The notes: generated by a model from the letters alone, not told the origin. 64,000 nt of DNA from Macrostomum lignano (GCA_002269645.1 NIVC01001744.1:1-64000); one strand, 5' to 3'; positions 1-11,827 are shown, numbered from the stretch's first letter. Made by a program: numbers and translations.

Positions 1-60
1 GATGTATTCAGATAAATCCCGGAGCCATACTTGTATGTCTATGGTTGAAGTTGGAATGGG

Positions 61-304
61 GGTGTGGGGGCGAAGCCCCTGCTGGGGATGTGGGGCGAAG
101 CCCTGCTGGGATGTGGGGGCAAAGCCCCTGCTGGGGATGTGGGGGCGAAGCCCTGCTGGGGATGTGGGGGCGAAGCCCTGCTGGGATGTGGGGGCGAAGC
201 CCCTGCTGGGATGTGGGGCGAAGCCCCTGCTGGGGATGTGGGGGCGAAGCCCCTGCTGGGGATGTGGGGGCAAAGCCCTGCTGGGGATGTGGGGGCAAAG
301 CCCC
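61..304. repeat. Tandem minisatellite, ~25-27 bp unit GGGGGCGAAGCCCCTGCTGGGGATGT, ~9 copies
   Basis: Direct inspection; copies differ mostly in G/C homopolymer length. Confidence 0.95.
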
Positions 305-688
305 ACATTCTTACCATAGACAAAATTTCATTAAGAAATTTCTTGAGTCACGAAGGAAGAGAAGGCAGAAGCTCGCTTATTTAGATACATAGAATAATCT
401 TGCAAAATGTCCGGGAAAGTGATCGATTAAATCGCGCAAAATAAATCTATGTCAATAACCTCCCTGAAAGTGAGCTTTAAAGTGGTTTAATACCGGTATA
501 TCATATAATCCTCCTCGAATCAGGATCAATCGAAGTTCATATATGATAAACGCTGTTTAATTCATCATAGTCTATGGTTAGAATGTCCTTCGAATGTGAA
601 TTAAACGACGTTTATTATTTACTTAATGCAATAGAAATATATATCCTGATTGCAATACCGCTTTTGACAATCTAAATGGGAATTTGGA

Positions 689-1237
689 CAATCAAAACGG
701 GACGCCATAGACATTCAATTCCAGGCCACAGGCTCGGGCTGCTTGGGAATACACAACCATAGCATGTGGAATTGACAATCAAAACGGGACGCCATAGACA
801 TTCAATTCAAGCCAGGCCACAGGCTCGGGCTGCTTGGGAATACGCAACCATAGCATGTGGAATTGACAATCAAAACGGGACGCCATAGACATTCAATTCA
901 AGCCAGGCCACAGCTCGGGCTGCTTGGGAATACACAACCATAGCATGTGGAATTGACAATCAAAACGGGACGCCATAGACATTCAATTCAAGCCAGGCCA
1001 CAGCTCGGGCTGCTTGGGAATACACAACCATAGCATGTGGAATTGACAATCAAAACGGGACGCCATAGACATTCAATTCAAGCCAGGCCACAGGCTCGGG
1101 CTGCTTGGGAATACACAACCATAGCATGTGGAATTGACAATCAAAACGGGACGTCATAGACATTCAATTCAAGCCAGGCCACAGGCTCGGGCTGCTTGGG
1201 AATACACAACCATAGCATGTGGAATTGACAATCAAAA
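689..1237. repeat. Tandem array, ~91-bp unit x6, containing part of the element's inverted repeat
   Basis: CAATCAAAACGGGACGCCATAGACATTC recurs at 689, 776, 867, 957, 1047, 1138; a partial copy starts at 1229. Confidence 0.95.
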
Positions 1238-1310
1238 TGGGAAAAAAGCCATTGAAAACGGGAATTCGCCTAATTTAATGTATTTTTATATCTCAGGGCC
1301 ACTGGAATAT

Positions 1311-1638
1311 TTAAAAGTGAAGAACAAGGTGAACATGCGGCTTCTTGGGAAAGCGCTCAGTCAGCAGTTCAGACATTTCCTTGAGCGTCAGGAAAGGATT
1401 TTCATCGAGTTTCTCAACCAAGAATTCTCTCATTTCCTGATCGGCCTTGCACAATCCTTATTTACGACCACCGCGAGGAAGGGATTCCACTTTGCCATCA
1501 AGTCAAAAGTTGGCAGCGATTCGGAATGCCGTTTTTTTCTTGATTTACAAGATTCTTGCAGCTTCCTGCGATGGATGACCCTTGTTCAATCGCATCAATC
1601 AGCCGCTGGCGATCTGCTACAGGAATTGGTGGCGCCAT
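1311..1638 (-). pseudogene. Tc1/IS630-like transposase N-terminal HTH fragment, disrupted
   Basis: Minus strand reads MAPPIPVADRQRLIDAIEQGSSIA/(+1 frameshift)EAARIL*IKKKTAFRIAANF*LDGKVESLPRGGRK*...DQEMREFLVEKLDENPFLTLKEMSELL. This fits the paired-like HTH, the PRGGR linker and the second HTH; three in-frame stops; no DDE domain. Confidence 0.75.
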
Positions 1639-2098
1639 TCAATGGGGTCGCTTTCAGGCCAAAGACGAACAAACAGGGAGAGAGGGACAGAGAGCTGTAA
1701 AATCTCAGTCCGATTCCCGTTTAATTTGAATGGCTTTTTCCCACACTGAATGTTCAAATTTATAGCCTATGGCCTAGCCTCCCTCAGTAGACTTTGCTAA
1801 ACTGCTTAAGTCCATGACTAGGGTGAGATCTGTGGCCTGGCTTGAATGTCTATGGCGTCCCGTTCCGACTGCCCAAATTCCCATTCCGATCGTCAAAAGC
1901 GATGATATTTGGTCACGAGTGCCATAGACATTTAAGCACTCAAAACCAAGTGTTGAATCCTAATATTAAATAACAATCAGCAAAAAAATTAATTTAATTT
2001 GGTTCACAAATATATCCAAAAAACTCCAAACAGATGCCTATTTGAAAGTAGTTTAATCCCGAAATAGGCGAGACGCCCATCTACGGTTTCTAGTATCT

Positions 2099-5000
2099 TT
2101 ATGGTTTGATCTGATTAACTAAATTAATTTGATTAATCAGACCTTTCCGAATGGTGCTTAGGTGATCATGAAACTCCACGTCTGTTTTCTTGCCATGAAG
2201 CTTATGCTTCTCCCTCAGAAAAAATGCCATCAAAGCTTCGCCAGTTGGTATGGGTCGCAAGAACAGAAACAACTGTGGAATTCGCTCCTTGGCTAGGACC
2301 GTGTTGCAGCCTGCTCCGACGATGCGCCCGTTTCCATCGATTCTTATCCACCAGGCTAGGTGCAGTACGTCGCTACTTGTCTCCCTCTCGTCCTTGAAAT
2401 TACCATTGTTAAAAAATATAGATGCATTAAAATTTTCTTTTTCATAATCTTTAAAGTCAATCATTTTTAAAACTTAAATGGCATCTTTTCTTACCTTGTA
2501 GAAGATAAATCGACAATTATTTTTTCGTCCCTCGACGTGCACAAATTGCTGAGAAGCGTCAATGCACCTCGGATCTTTTTTGAGAGCCAGATCTCGAATA
2601 CTGACAAGTTTTTTTCGCAGCTCCCATTCTTCTTTTGCGTTTCGTGGAACCACATGGCCGGGCTTGTCAGAAAAGATGTGAGACCAGTTTCCTTCATCAT
2701 TCAAAAACTGGTCGTTTTTAGATGTTCTGGGTTGGTTGTCAGCAGAGCTGGTAGCGCCTTCATTGTCACGGCCTGAACGTCCGCCCAGCTCTGAGTCAGA
2801 GGAACTCTCCATTTCGGGAAATTATTCCCAAGAAGTTCGTTTACAGTCCCTAAATCTAAACTGTCAAAAGTCCGCGTGGAGGCGAACTGCTTGCTATTCA
2901 GTTCGCCGAGAATCAGAAATGATACTACCTTGTGAACGGTGCTTCCCGGGGGAAACTCCATACGAAAACTGGAATGCACTGATTTGGGATTCAGTAAGAC
3001 ACCGCCGTATACTGTCGATCGTGTTGTTGCGTCCGAACTAGCGCTCAGCACTGCGGGTGCCCAATCACAATCGGATATCTTCTGTTGCCTCTGATGCAAG
3101 CTACTATTTAACTTATGCTGTATCTTGCTGTTCCAGTTCCTAAATTCTCTTCTCTTCGAGTCAATCAAATCTTGAATTTGTTGCCTAACATCCGCAGCAG
3201 AGCTTGATGGCAGACTGTCAGCCAACAGGTACTGGAGCGTTCTGACATCTCGCCTACGCAAGGCACGGACAGTCTCGGTCTTATTTAAGTTTAGTTGGCT
3301 TAGCAATTGATCATCAGTGGCCAGATTGCAACAATCATAGTGGCTTGCACCAGGGATTGATTCAGCTCGATCCAGTGTCTCTAGAACATTTTTCGCCATC
3401 TCATAACTCTTTTCCATTCTAACAGCTCGTTCGTGATCAAGAATTTGCTCTACTTGCTCCTGGCGAACGGTCATTGCTCCGAGGCTTTGGTGCATGGCCT
3501 TAATAATCAGGCAGAGTTTCGGAATCTTTGTTAGCTCTTTTAGTCTTTCAAACTCGGGAAAGAATCTACCCAAGCTGGGAAGGGCCTCCGTCATGTCCTT
3601 TGCGAACTGATTCTCTGGAGAATCTTCATCATCAGTCTCAGCGTCCTGGTGTTCGCCACCCATTGAAGCTACCATCCTGTGCGTTTTGACTTCCAAGCGA
3701 ACCTTTCCAAACACGAACTCAATCGTGTCAGGTGTTTCCTCCACTTTCATCTCCATGTCTGTGGCTGCAATCCAGAATCTGCTGCAGCGAGATCTTTGCC
3801 CACCTCTTTCGCTTAGAGGTCTCAACAGCCAGCGCAGCTGATCTGGCAGTCCAGCGAACAGACCCCTACCGTTAAGCAATGGTCTCCGATCGAACGGTGG
3901 CTTCCTGCAGATCTCTAATCCGGAACTGAATTGCTTCATGATGTAGTCCGTGTTGAAAAGAGTGTCTAGGAGTGGAGTTCCTTTAAGCAGATCTGGTTGG
4001 CTACTCCAGTACTTTTGAAACGGGTGGAATCGAGCTTCGTGAAGATTGGCGGGCTTGTCAAGGCTAAAAGCCACACCCGGATGATCCATTAGCAGACCAG
4101 TCAGCACATCGAAATCGCTGACAAGATTCCCTTTGCTGCCCACGACAGAAATTTGAAACGTATTTTTGTTAAAAATGACCTTGTCAATGCTCAAATACGT
4201 GTTTCCGCATCCTGAAAAATCAAGTGTCTGATTTGGTACAAGCCAACCGTCCTCTGGAACGTCAAGATAGCATGGATTTATCAGGGCGGCTACGTTGTTA
4301 AAGTCCAGATTCTGCTCTCTAAGCATCTCACGTGCAGTTAAGAGCTCAAGCTGGCGTGTCTCACTTTCAGTGAATGCAGAGCTGCTGATGCTGTATTCCA
4401 AGCTCTGGTAAGCTATGATACTCTTCGGTAGTTCAAGAAAATAGGAATTTTCTGGCTGAGACAAACCACAGAGAAGCTGACCTGCGCACTTTTTGAGCAC
4501 ATTTGAAAATACCAGCGACTCAGACGGACGAACCAGAGGCAGCGACACAAATGGTGAGAAACGACCAGTGAAGGCTACTATCTCTAGAATCGAAATGAGC
4601 CGTTCAACATCATCTGGTCGTCCAACTTTCGTAGCGGCATCTCTCAGCAAGGCAAAAGCGTGTCTCGAAACATAGTTTAACAAAGCTGAATCGGAAAAGT
4701 TGTTGAGACAAATGCTCACTGAAGCGATCCCGATTTCAAACATGGCTTCTTTGAGCGCATATCTCTGGTAGAGCGACTCCTCTATTTCCAGAGCTCGTAG
4801 AAGCAGAGCTACACACTCAAGAAAACAGGCGAGGACCTCAGCAAGCGTTTCGCAAGCCATGGCAAGGTCCAGTGCGCTCATTGCCGCTTGCAGTGGCGTC
4901 ATTTGGCCCTTTTCGAGTCTTCTGGAGATAGCGATCTCGCTCTTCTTCAACGCTTGCACGCTGTGTCCCGGTACGTAAATACCTGGGAATAGTGGGACTT

Positions 5001-6862
5001 GTGCTTTGGCTGGTGTTTCCGACGAAGCAGTCCGACGACTGAACATTCCCTGGCAGTCTGACCATGGGTTATCGATTAAATGGAACAGCGCATGAACCGG
5101 AAATGTCCCACAAAGAGCTCCGAATCTAGAGACAATACGCATTACAGATGATATCAAATCTGAGTGGTAGAAGACAGAGTATCCTTCGAGCACTGCTTGT
5201 GTGAGGTCCTTCATACCTCTGAGTTGAGCTGTTACATCACCTGAACAGCTGAGGATCCCTGCACCTCTCAGAAATAGACCTACAATTCTTGACTCAAGTT
5301 TCGCTTTAGCAAGTGCTTCGTCAGCCAGCTTAGCTGACTTGCTAGCCTGGCGTAGCAGCAACCTGTCTCTCGGTGACTGTGAGAACGCAATGTGAATCGA
5401 GTTGTTCAGATCGGCCGAGTCAACTATCAGCTTTAGCCGGGCTTCTTCTTGTGTTAAAAAAGATCGAAAATTTTCATTACTTTCCAAGGCAGACTCTTCA
5501 TTTTCTACCAAGAGTAACAGCAAGCGCAGCTCTTGGTCAGGATCTTTTTCTTCTGAAATTTCCAGTACGAGCTCAGTTTGACGGCTCTGCAGTGACTCAA
5601 TGTCATGCTCATTGCGTTGAGACTTCTGTAGAGCTAGCCACAGCGCCGAAGCAGCAAGAAAAAGTTTTGTAGTGAGAGCGATTGAAGGATCGAATGTTGC
5701 TTCGACCACAGACTTAGGCTGATTTATCTTCAGATTGTGCATCATTCTTTCGATACTTGCAATTCCTGTCGCCACGTAGGAAGCTACAAATCCTGTCTGA
5801 GGCGTCGCTGCCAACTCCTCCCACAACTGCAGTCTCTTCTTGGACTCAAGCTTAGAGCATGTGAGACACACAGGTCTGAACTCGTGACAGGCTCCTGCGA
5901 CAAGGAAGCATTTTCGTTCGGATAAATCTTTCTCGGCACTGCATACCACACAACGAGCACCGAGGAAAAACTTCTTTATACCCCTTCTCTCTCTATTAAC
6001 GTCGACGCGAAACTTGGGTAACACATCTTTGAGTCTTTGGCGCATCTTTTCGGGGTCGCTTGACAGTGGCTTGGAGCCAGATGGAGGAATCAATATCACC
6101 ATGAGTTTTCTCAATTCGCTTTCCTTCAAGCTGGAAAGGTCATAGCAGCATACTAGTTCGCCTTCTTGAACTGGTGGAACTTTCGTCTGCGTATTCCTTT
6201 TCAGCGTTTTTTCTAGCGTCTCTCTCGCCCATTTGCAGGCTTCGGTGAGAACTTCATCGTCTAAATGTTCTTCTGAAAGCTCGCCTGACGCGATACTCTC
6301 AATAAAAACCGGGCTTTGCAGAGTTGACCGTCTCGTCCTCTTAATAACCCGTAGCTTCTCCTGAAGATCCAGAACTGCTTGACGAGTTTCCTCGAAAAAC
6401 TTATTTGCGAATCCGTTTGGGTCGCATTGCGCTCCATGAGCCGTCTCGGAACTCTCCCTCCAAGCAGCGATTCTGCTCATGAGGTCCTTCGATAGTGTCT
6501 TTCCAGTTGGCAATCGAGGCAAATCAGCGCCACTCTCGTAATCCTCAGTTGCTTCATCTCGACGTTCGTCGTACTTCATTCGTTCGGTTTTATCGCACAG
6601 GACAGATTTGGCTTGATTCAGAAGCTTGGCCATGTCTTCAGCCTCGCTGCCAGCCTTGTCGGGATGATAGTTCGTCATTCGCTTGCGCCAAGCTCTCAGA
6701 ATTTCCGCCTCGGAAGCAGCTTGCGTCACACCCAGTAGCTGGCAAAAAATTGTTATTGTGAATATTATTATGGCTAATATTGCGTCATTAATACAACTGA
6801 GACTTAGTGGTGTTAAAAAAGTCACTCACCGAGTAGAAACTTGGTAAATCTGAGTTGGCCAT
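2099..6862 (-). CDS. Large J-domain (DnaJ) multidomain protein: J-domain, Cys-rich cluster, helical region, DUF1598-like region, putative toxin-like C-terminal tip
   Basis: Exon 1 6862-6830 (MANSDLPSFYS), GTGAGT..CAG intron 6829-6739, then LLGVTQAASEAEILRAWRKRMTNYHPDK (HPD motif). A long exon runs to a probable donor at 2929/2928, or reads through to a stop at 2701. Further exons ~2806-2495 and 2392-2099 join in phase 0 via a GTAAGA..AAG intron (2494-2393). The 2928-2807 junction is uncertain. Confidence 0.8.
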
Positions 6863-7647
6863 TTCTACTTTCGTTTTGAAGCCAAACTACCAAACTCAGT
6901 CGAAGTCTCAGACTTTGACGAAAAAACCTGAAAAAAGAAGCTTTGGATATAAGCGCGCATCGGCGCACACAACAGTTTTTAAAGAGCTACTCCCGACAGA
7001 GAGTATTGTGTACTTTTTTTGTTGGCTGAAAGCAAAGCAATACGCGCTCGTACTTTCCATAGTTTTTAAAAAAGCCTTTTCCCAGTCTATTTCAACAAAA
7101 CAGATATGCAGTCTCGTCACTTCTTCCTCGTTTCACTCTCGATTGTCAATGGCTTAAAGTACGTGAAGAAGCTATTGAACAGGCCAAAAAGAGATAGGTT
7201 GAAAAAAGCGAGGAGCGAAGGCCGAAGTTTGCTTAAACTTGTGTAGCGAGCTGAGTATTAGGCATTTGGAAGCACAAAAAGAAAAGTATTGCCCAACTGA
7301 CTGAATAAAACTTGTCTAAATAGAAGGACGGCAGTATAATTTGAGTTTGAGATGTGCCTCAGTTCCCCACTTTTAGCCATAGACAATCGAGAGTGAAACT
7401 ATAGCAACTCGTAAAATGTACTGCCGCCGGCTAAATTCAATGTTGGCTTGTCTAAATAGAAACTTAAAATGGTGCTCTAAATTAAATGGTATGACGAAAT
7501 TGCTAAAAATAGACTGCGAAATGTACATAATAAAGTAGGAAATTTAGCAAATATGAGCGTATAATAAAGTGTGCCGTAAAAAGTCCCGAGTCACTAGGCA
7601 GAGGATTTGTCAGTTAGTCTATTAGTGGCCAGATACAAAGTTAAAGG

Positions 7648-7859
7648 TGTTGCGTATTGCTATGGCTAATGCAAAGTATAGACTTTTACTTCGAAAATAG
7701 TCTATGGTTTTTGCGACGCGATACGGTACTCTCCTTTGTTTGCTAAGCTTCGAATCTTTTCATTTAGGAGCACAAGACCCTAGGAGCGCGCTGCCGCTAA
7801 AATATAGCTTAATTTCAAACTACCATAATTCATTGACTTGGCGTTCCTCAAACAAAACA
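7648..7859 (+). repeat. 5' LTR (212 bp)
   Basis: TGTTGCG...AAAACA; identical to the 3' LTR except one base (7711 T vs 11891 A). Confidence 0.97.
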
Positions 7860-7872
7860 TGGCGACGAGGAT
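7860..7872 (+). promoter_or_regulatory. Primer-binding site TGGCGACGAGGAT
   Basis: Starts with TGG immediately after the 5' LTR; this PBS type is common in Mag-like Gypsy elements. Primer tRNA not identified. Confidence 0.85.
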
Positions 7873-7920
7873 AAAAAGCAACTGAGGGTCGAGGAAAATT
7901 CCGCACCTGCTGCCCTCAAA

Positions 7921-10900
7921 ATGGCTCAGTCAATGGAGTACCGTCTTGGTGAGATGCCACTTTCTTACCCAGAGATAGAACAATACTTCAAACGACTTCT
8001 GTTCTACCTGGAGGCAACTGAAAAGAATGAGCAAGCTAAAGCAGTCCTACTGGCTACCTGCGGTGAATCTGCATTCAATCTGGTGGAGGAGCTGATAAAA
8101 CCAGAAGACATCACCAAGGCCGGTGTTACGTTCAAGTCGATTCAGGACACTTTGCTCGAGCACTTCAAACCGAAAGCTCTGCTTCATTATGAGCGACATG
8201 TGTTCCATTCTACTGTTCAAAAGGACGCGGAGAGCATTACAAATTTCGTTGCACGGCTCAAGCAACAGGCGAACAAGTGCCAATATGGTGAATTGCGCGA
8301 AGACCTGATCCTGTCTCAGTTTATCTTCGGACTTCGTAGTCAGAATCTGCGGCAAAAACTGCTATCCAAAGGCACGCTTGAGCTTAATGATGCTATTCAA
8401 GAGGGACTCATGACCGAGTCAATTGCAACTGCTACAGACAAGCCGGAAACTATCGCTAATGTGCAGAATGCTGGGACATTCTCGAGACCAAGAAGCTGCA
8501 GTGCCCAACGCTCTGTCTCATTCAAGCAACCTCAGGGACATCTGCATAATCAGTCGAGCGGCAAACCTAAAGGTAAAACAGCTAAGTGTCACACCTGTGG
8601 GAAATCGGGACATCTACGATCAGCATGCAGGTTCCAAGAAGCCAAGTGCCATAAATGCGGCAAGGTAGGACATCTAGCTACCGTGTGCAGATCAAAGGCT
8701 ATGAACGCAATCCAACGAATGCCAAGCTGCAGCCCTTCACCAGGGAACACTAGCTCTTACCATCTGGAACTCATTCATGCGGTTAGACAGCCAAAAACGG
8801 GTTGCTCAGATCAGTGGTTTGTTCGGTGTCGTCTAGGAAAAACTGAAGTCAACATGCTTGTGGACACCGGCAGCCAAGTAACCGTGGTTCCGGATCAAAT
8901 CGCCAAGAGCTCAGGCTTAGAGTTACAGCCAGTCAGCCAAAAACTAAGATCTTACGGAGGTTTTCAAGCTACGGTCACTTCTGTCATCTACGGGGCAAAG
9001 CTACAGGTTATTGGTGGCAAGTCTGCTTCAGAAAACATCTACGTCGGTCATGATACAACAGCTATTCTGGGCATGAACTTCATACCGTCCCTAGACCTAG
9101 TGCGAATGGATCAAGCGGTTCGAGTGTCGAATGAACACAAGTGCCTACCAGTCGTCCGAGATCAAAACTCAAACTTCATTGCCAGCTTTCGCTTACGTTC
9201 GGGTGTGAGTATGGAAGGCATGCGATTTCCTGCTCGCTCACTTCCTTTCTCCATGAAGTCTATGGTAGAAACCGAACTAAGAAGACTTCTTGCTTCAGGA
9301 ATCATCTATTCAGTCAAGAATCCTACTGTTGCAGCGCCAATAGTCCCAGTGGTCAAGCCCGAGGGATTAGTAAGACCTATTCGACTGTGTGGCGACTACT
9401 CTATGACGCTCAATCGTCTTATTGACGTGGACAAGTACAGGTTTCCGAAGATGGAGGAGATCCTGGCTAAGATTCCCAACGCTAAATTCTATACGGTCCT
9501 AGACTTAGAACAGGCCTTCTTACAGGTGGCTCTATCCCCTGAGAGCCAAGAGCTCACATGCATTTCTACTCACATGGGATTCTTTGCATTCAGATATCTA
9601 CAATTCGGGATTTCCGCGGCGCCTCTAATATTTCAGGAAATCATGGACGAAGTTCTTCGGGATGTACCATTTACAGCCTCATATCAGGATGACATCATTA
9701 TTGGGACTCCTGAGGATTCAGCCGAAAAACACATGCAGCTGGTTCGTCAAGTCAAGGATCGTTTGGCAAACTGCGGGTTCAAGATTAACCAGAGAAAGTC
9801 TCAAGAATGTCGTAGAGAAGTTCGATTTCTTGGCTTCATTTTGCGCGATGGAGGCATGCACCCCGACCCAGCACGAATGGAGGCGTGGAAGAGGTTACCA
9901 TATCCAAAAGACAAAGACCAACTGCGCAGCGCTCTGTGCACCTTCCGACACAATGGCGTCTTCTGCAAGAACTTTTCAATGATTGCACGACCGTTATATC
10001 AGCTGCTGAAGAAAGGAGTTCACTGGAGTTGGCATGGAGAGCAGTCTGCGGCATTCGACAAGCTGAAGAGCATTATTGCAGGCGGTGTGATAACCGCATA
10101 CGACATTACGAAACCGTTGTACTTGATTTGTGACGCCTCTAAGGATGGCCTCGGGTACGTTCTAGCTCATGATCCAATGCAACGACAGGTTGTCTGGCTA
10201 GGCAGCCGAGTCCTGACTCCAGCGGAGAGCAACTACGCTAACATTGAGCGGGAGGCGTTAGCGATCGTCGAAGGGACCAGATACTTTTATCAGTACCTCG
10301 CGGGTCGAAAATTTACCATCATTTCTGATCACCGACCGCTTCAGTACATATTTAATCCGAACAAGGTCTCCGAGCGAGTTTCAGCAAGGATTCAGCGATG
10401 GGCATTACTGTTAAGAGCTTACGATTACAATGTGATGTACGTCAAGGGTGAAACGATGTACGCTGCAGACACTTTGTCTAGACTTCCATTGCAGTCGGAT
10501 TCAGCGGATCAGAAGATCAACCTCTTAGAAATCAATGCACTGGAGGGTTTCGGAAACCCCGAACAGCTACTGCAGAGGATCGTGCGAACTAAAGATTACA
10601 AGTTGGACATGCTCAAGAAGTACATTCAAGACGGCTGGCCTGCTTATCCACCACCAGCTATGCTGCCATATTCACGCAATAAGTTGGAATACACACTCCA
10701 AAACGGAGTGATTTTCAAAGGATTGCGCATCGTCCCACCCTCTAGCCTGAGAAGCGAAATTCTTCAGATGCTTCACGAGGACCACCCCGGCATCGTGAGG
10801 ATGCTACGTCTATCCAGACAGTACTTCTGGTGGCCCGACATAGATGCTCAAATCAATGCATTCGTTCAACGTTGTGTTCAATGCCAGCTACATGCTAGGA

Positions 10901-11778
10901 AAAGAAGCAATGCAAATCTGTCGTCATGGCCGGAGACAAAAAGTTTCTTCGAGAGAGTTCACGTTGACATCGCTACTTTCAAAGGTCAACGCTTCCTTGT
11001 CCTGATTGACGCATTTTCAAAATGGGTAGATGTACAGTCCGTGCCGTCAATGAAAGCATCCATTGTCATCAGTGCGCTGAGAAAAACGTTCAAGTATACC
11101 GGATTGCCGAAAAATCTGGTTTCGGACAATGGTGGAACTTTTGTGGCAGAAGATTTCGTTACTTTCCTGCGAGAGAACTACATCGACCACACACTTACTC
11201 CCCCAGGACATCATCAGTCCAACGGTCAGGTGGAGAGAGTCATTGAAGAATTGAAGTTTTATTTAAGAAAGTTAAACGCTGGTGCCAATCTTTCTGAGCT
11301 GGAAAGGCATTTAGCAGGATTCTGCCTGTTTCAGAATACGACTCCTCACTGCAATGGATCAATTCCGGCACTTCTGGTGTTTCAGCAGTCGCCCCGAACA
11401 CGTCTATCAGCCATTTGTACAGAGAGGACGAGGCCGGTTCAAGAGCCAGTTCCTGTTTTCGTGCGTGTGGAGCACAAGGAGCAACGGGTCCCCTCTGAGC
11501 TGAAGTCTACAGTTGGTACAAATACTTTCCGAGACGCAGAAGGACGACTAGTGCACCAGTCCGATGCTACTGCTCGTACAGAGGAACTACCGATTGATGA
11601 TTCGAAGCAGTCTGGGATCACCCCTCGTGATACTGATGCAACTACGTGCCAAGACAGTGCTACCACAAGTCCAATGCGCCATGCAATGCAGTCGCCTAGG
11701 CACAAGGAACACGGTGTGCTCGAGTTCCGTAGGAGCACGCGAGTCAGGCGACCTCCGGAACGATTAACTTATTTCTGA
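7921..11778 (+). CDS. Gag-Pol polyprotein, 1285 aa, uninterrupted
   Basis: Two CCHC knuckles (CHTCGKSGHLRSAC, CHKCGKVGHLATVC), protease LVDTGS, RT YQDD, RNase H (CDAS/EREALA/SDHRPL), integrase HHCC and D,D(35)E. Order PR-RT-RH-IN defines Gypsy. Confidence 0.98.
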   Translation: MAQSMEYRLGEMPLSYPEIEQYFKRLLFYLEATEKNEQAKAVLLATCGESAFNLVEELIKPEDITKAGVTFKSIQDTLLEHFKPKALLHYERHVFHSTVQKDAESITNFVARLKQQANKCQYGELREDLILSQFIFGLRSQNLRQKLLSKGTLELNDAIQEGLMTESIATATDKPETIANVQNAGTFSRPRSCSAQRSVSFKQPQGHLHNQSSGKPKGKTAKCHTCGKSGHLRSACRFQEAKCHKCGKVGHLATVCRSKAMNAIQRMPSCSPSPGNTSSYHLELIHAVRQPKTGCSDQWFVRCRLGKTEVNMLVDTGSQVTVVPDQIAKSSGLELQPVSQKLRSYGGFQATVTSVIYGAKLQVIGGKSASENIYVGHDTTAILGMNFIPSLDLVRMDQAVRVSNEHKCLPVVRDQNSNFIASFRLRSGVSMEGMRFPARSLPFSMKSMVETELRRLLASGIIYSVKNPTVAAPIVPVVKPEGLVRPIRLCGDYSMTLNRLIDVDKYRFPKMEEILAKIPNAKFYTVLDLEQAFLQVALSPESQELTCISTHMGFFAFRYLQFGISAAPLIFQEIMDEVLRDVPFTASYQDDIIIGTPEDSAEKHMQLVRQVKDRLANCGFKINQRKSQECRREVRFLGFILRDGGMHPDPARMEAWKRLPYPKDKDQLRSALCTFRHNGVFCKNFSMIARPLYQLLKKGVHWSWHGEQSAAFDKLKSIIAGGVITAYDITKPLYLICDASKDGLGYVLAHDPMQRQVVWLGSRVLTPAESNYANIEREALAIVEGTRYFYQYLAGRKFTIISDHRPLQYIFNPNKVSERVSARIQRWALLLRAYDYNVMYVKGETMYAADTLSRLPLQSDSADQKINLLEINALEGFGNPEQLLQRIVRTKDYKLDMLKKYIQDGWPAYPPPAMLPYSRNKLEYTLQNGVIFKGLRIVPPSSLRSEILQMLHEDHPGIVRMLRLSRQYFWWPDIDAQINAFVQRCVQCQLHARKRSNANLSSWPETKSFFERVHVDIATFKGQRFLVLIDAFSKWVDVQSVPSMKASIVISALRKTFKYTGLPKNLVSDNGGTFVAEDFVTFLRENYIDHTLTPPGHHQSNGQVERVIEELKFYLRKLNAGANLSELERHLAGFCLFQNTTPHCNGSIPALLVFQQSPRTRLSAICTERTRPVQEPVPVFVRVEHKEQRVPSELKSTVGTNTFRDAEGRLVHQSDATARTEELPIDDSKQSGITPRDTDATTCQDSATTSPMRHAMQSPRHKEHGVLEFRRSTRVRRPPERLTYF

Positions 11779-11827
11779 ATTGCTTGAGGCGTAACTTTGA
11801 ACTGCACTGTATAAGCATCGGTGGGGG

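Larger units (their letters stand above)
659..1901 (-). mobile_element. Degenerate Tc1/mariner-like DNA transposon relic bounded by ~70-bp imperfect inverted repeats
   Basis: 659-731 (CGCTTTTGAC...GGGACGCCATAGACATTCAA..CCAGGCCACAG) is the imperfect reverse complement of 1830-1901, and a transposase-like fragment lies between them. True termini and a TA TSD were not resolved. Confidence 0.7.

Noticed and set aside
1128-1700. 190-aa plus-strand ORF
   Set aside because: Starts inside the 91-bp repeat and is antisense to the transposase relic.
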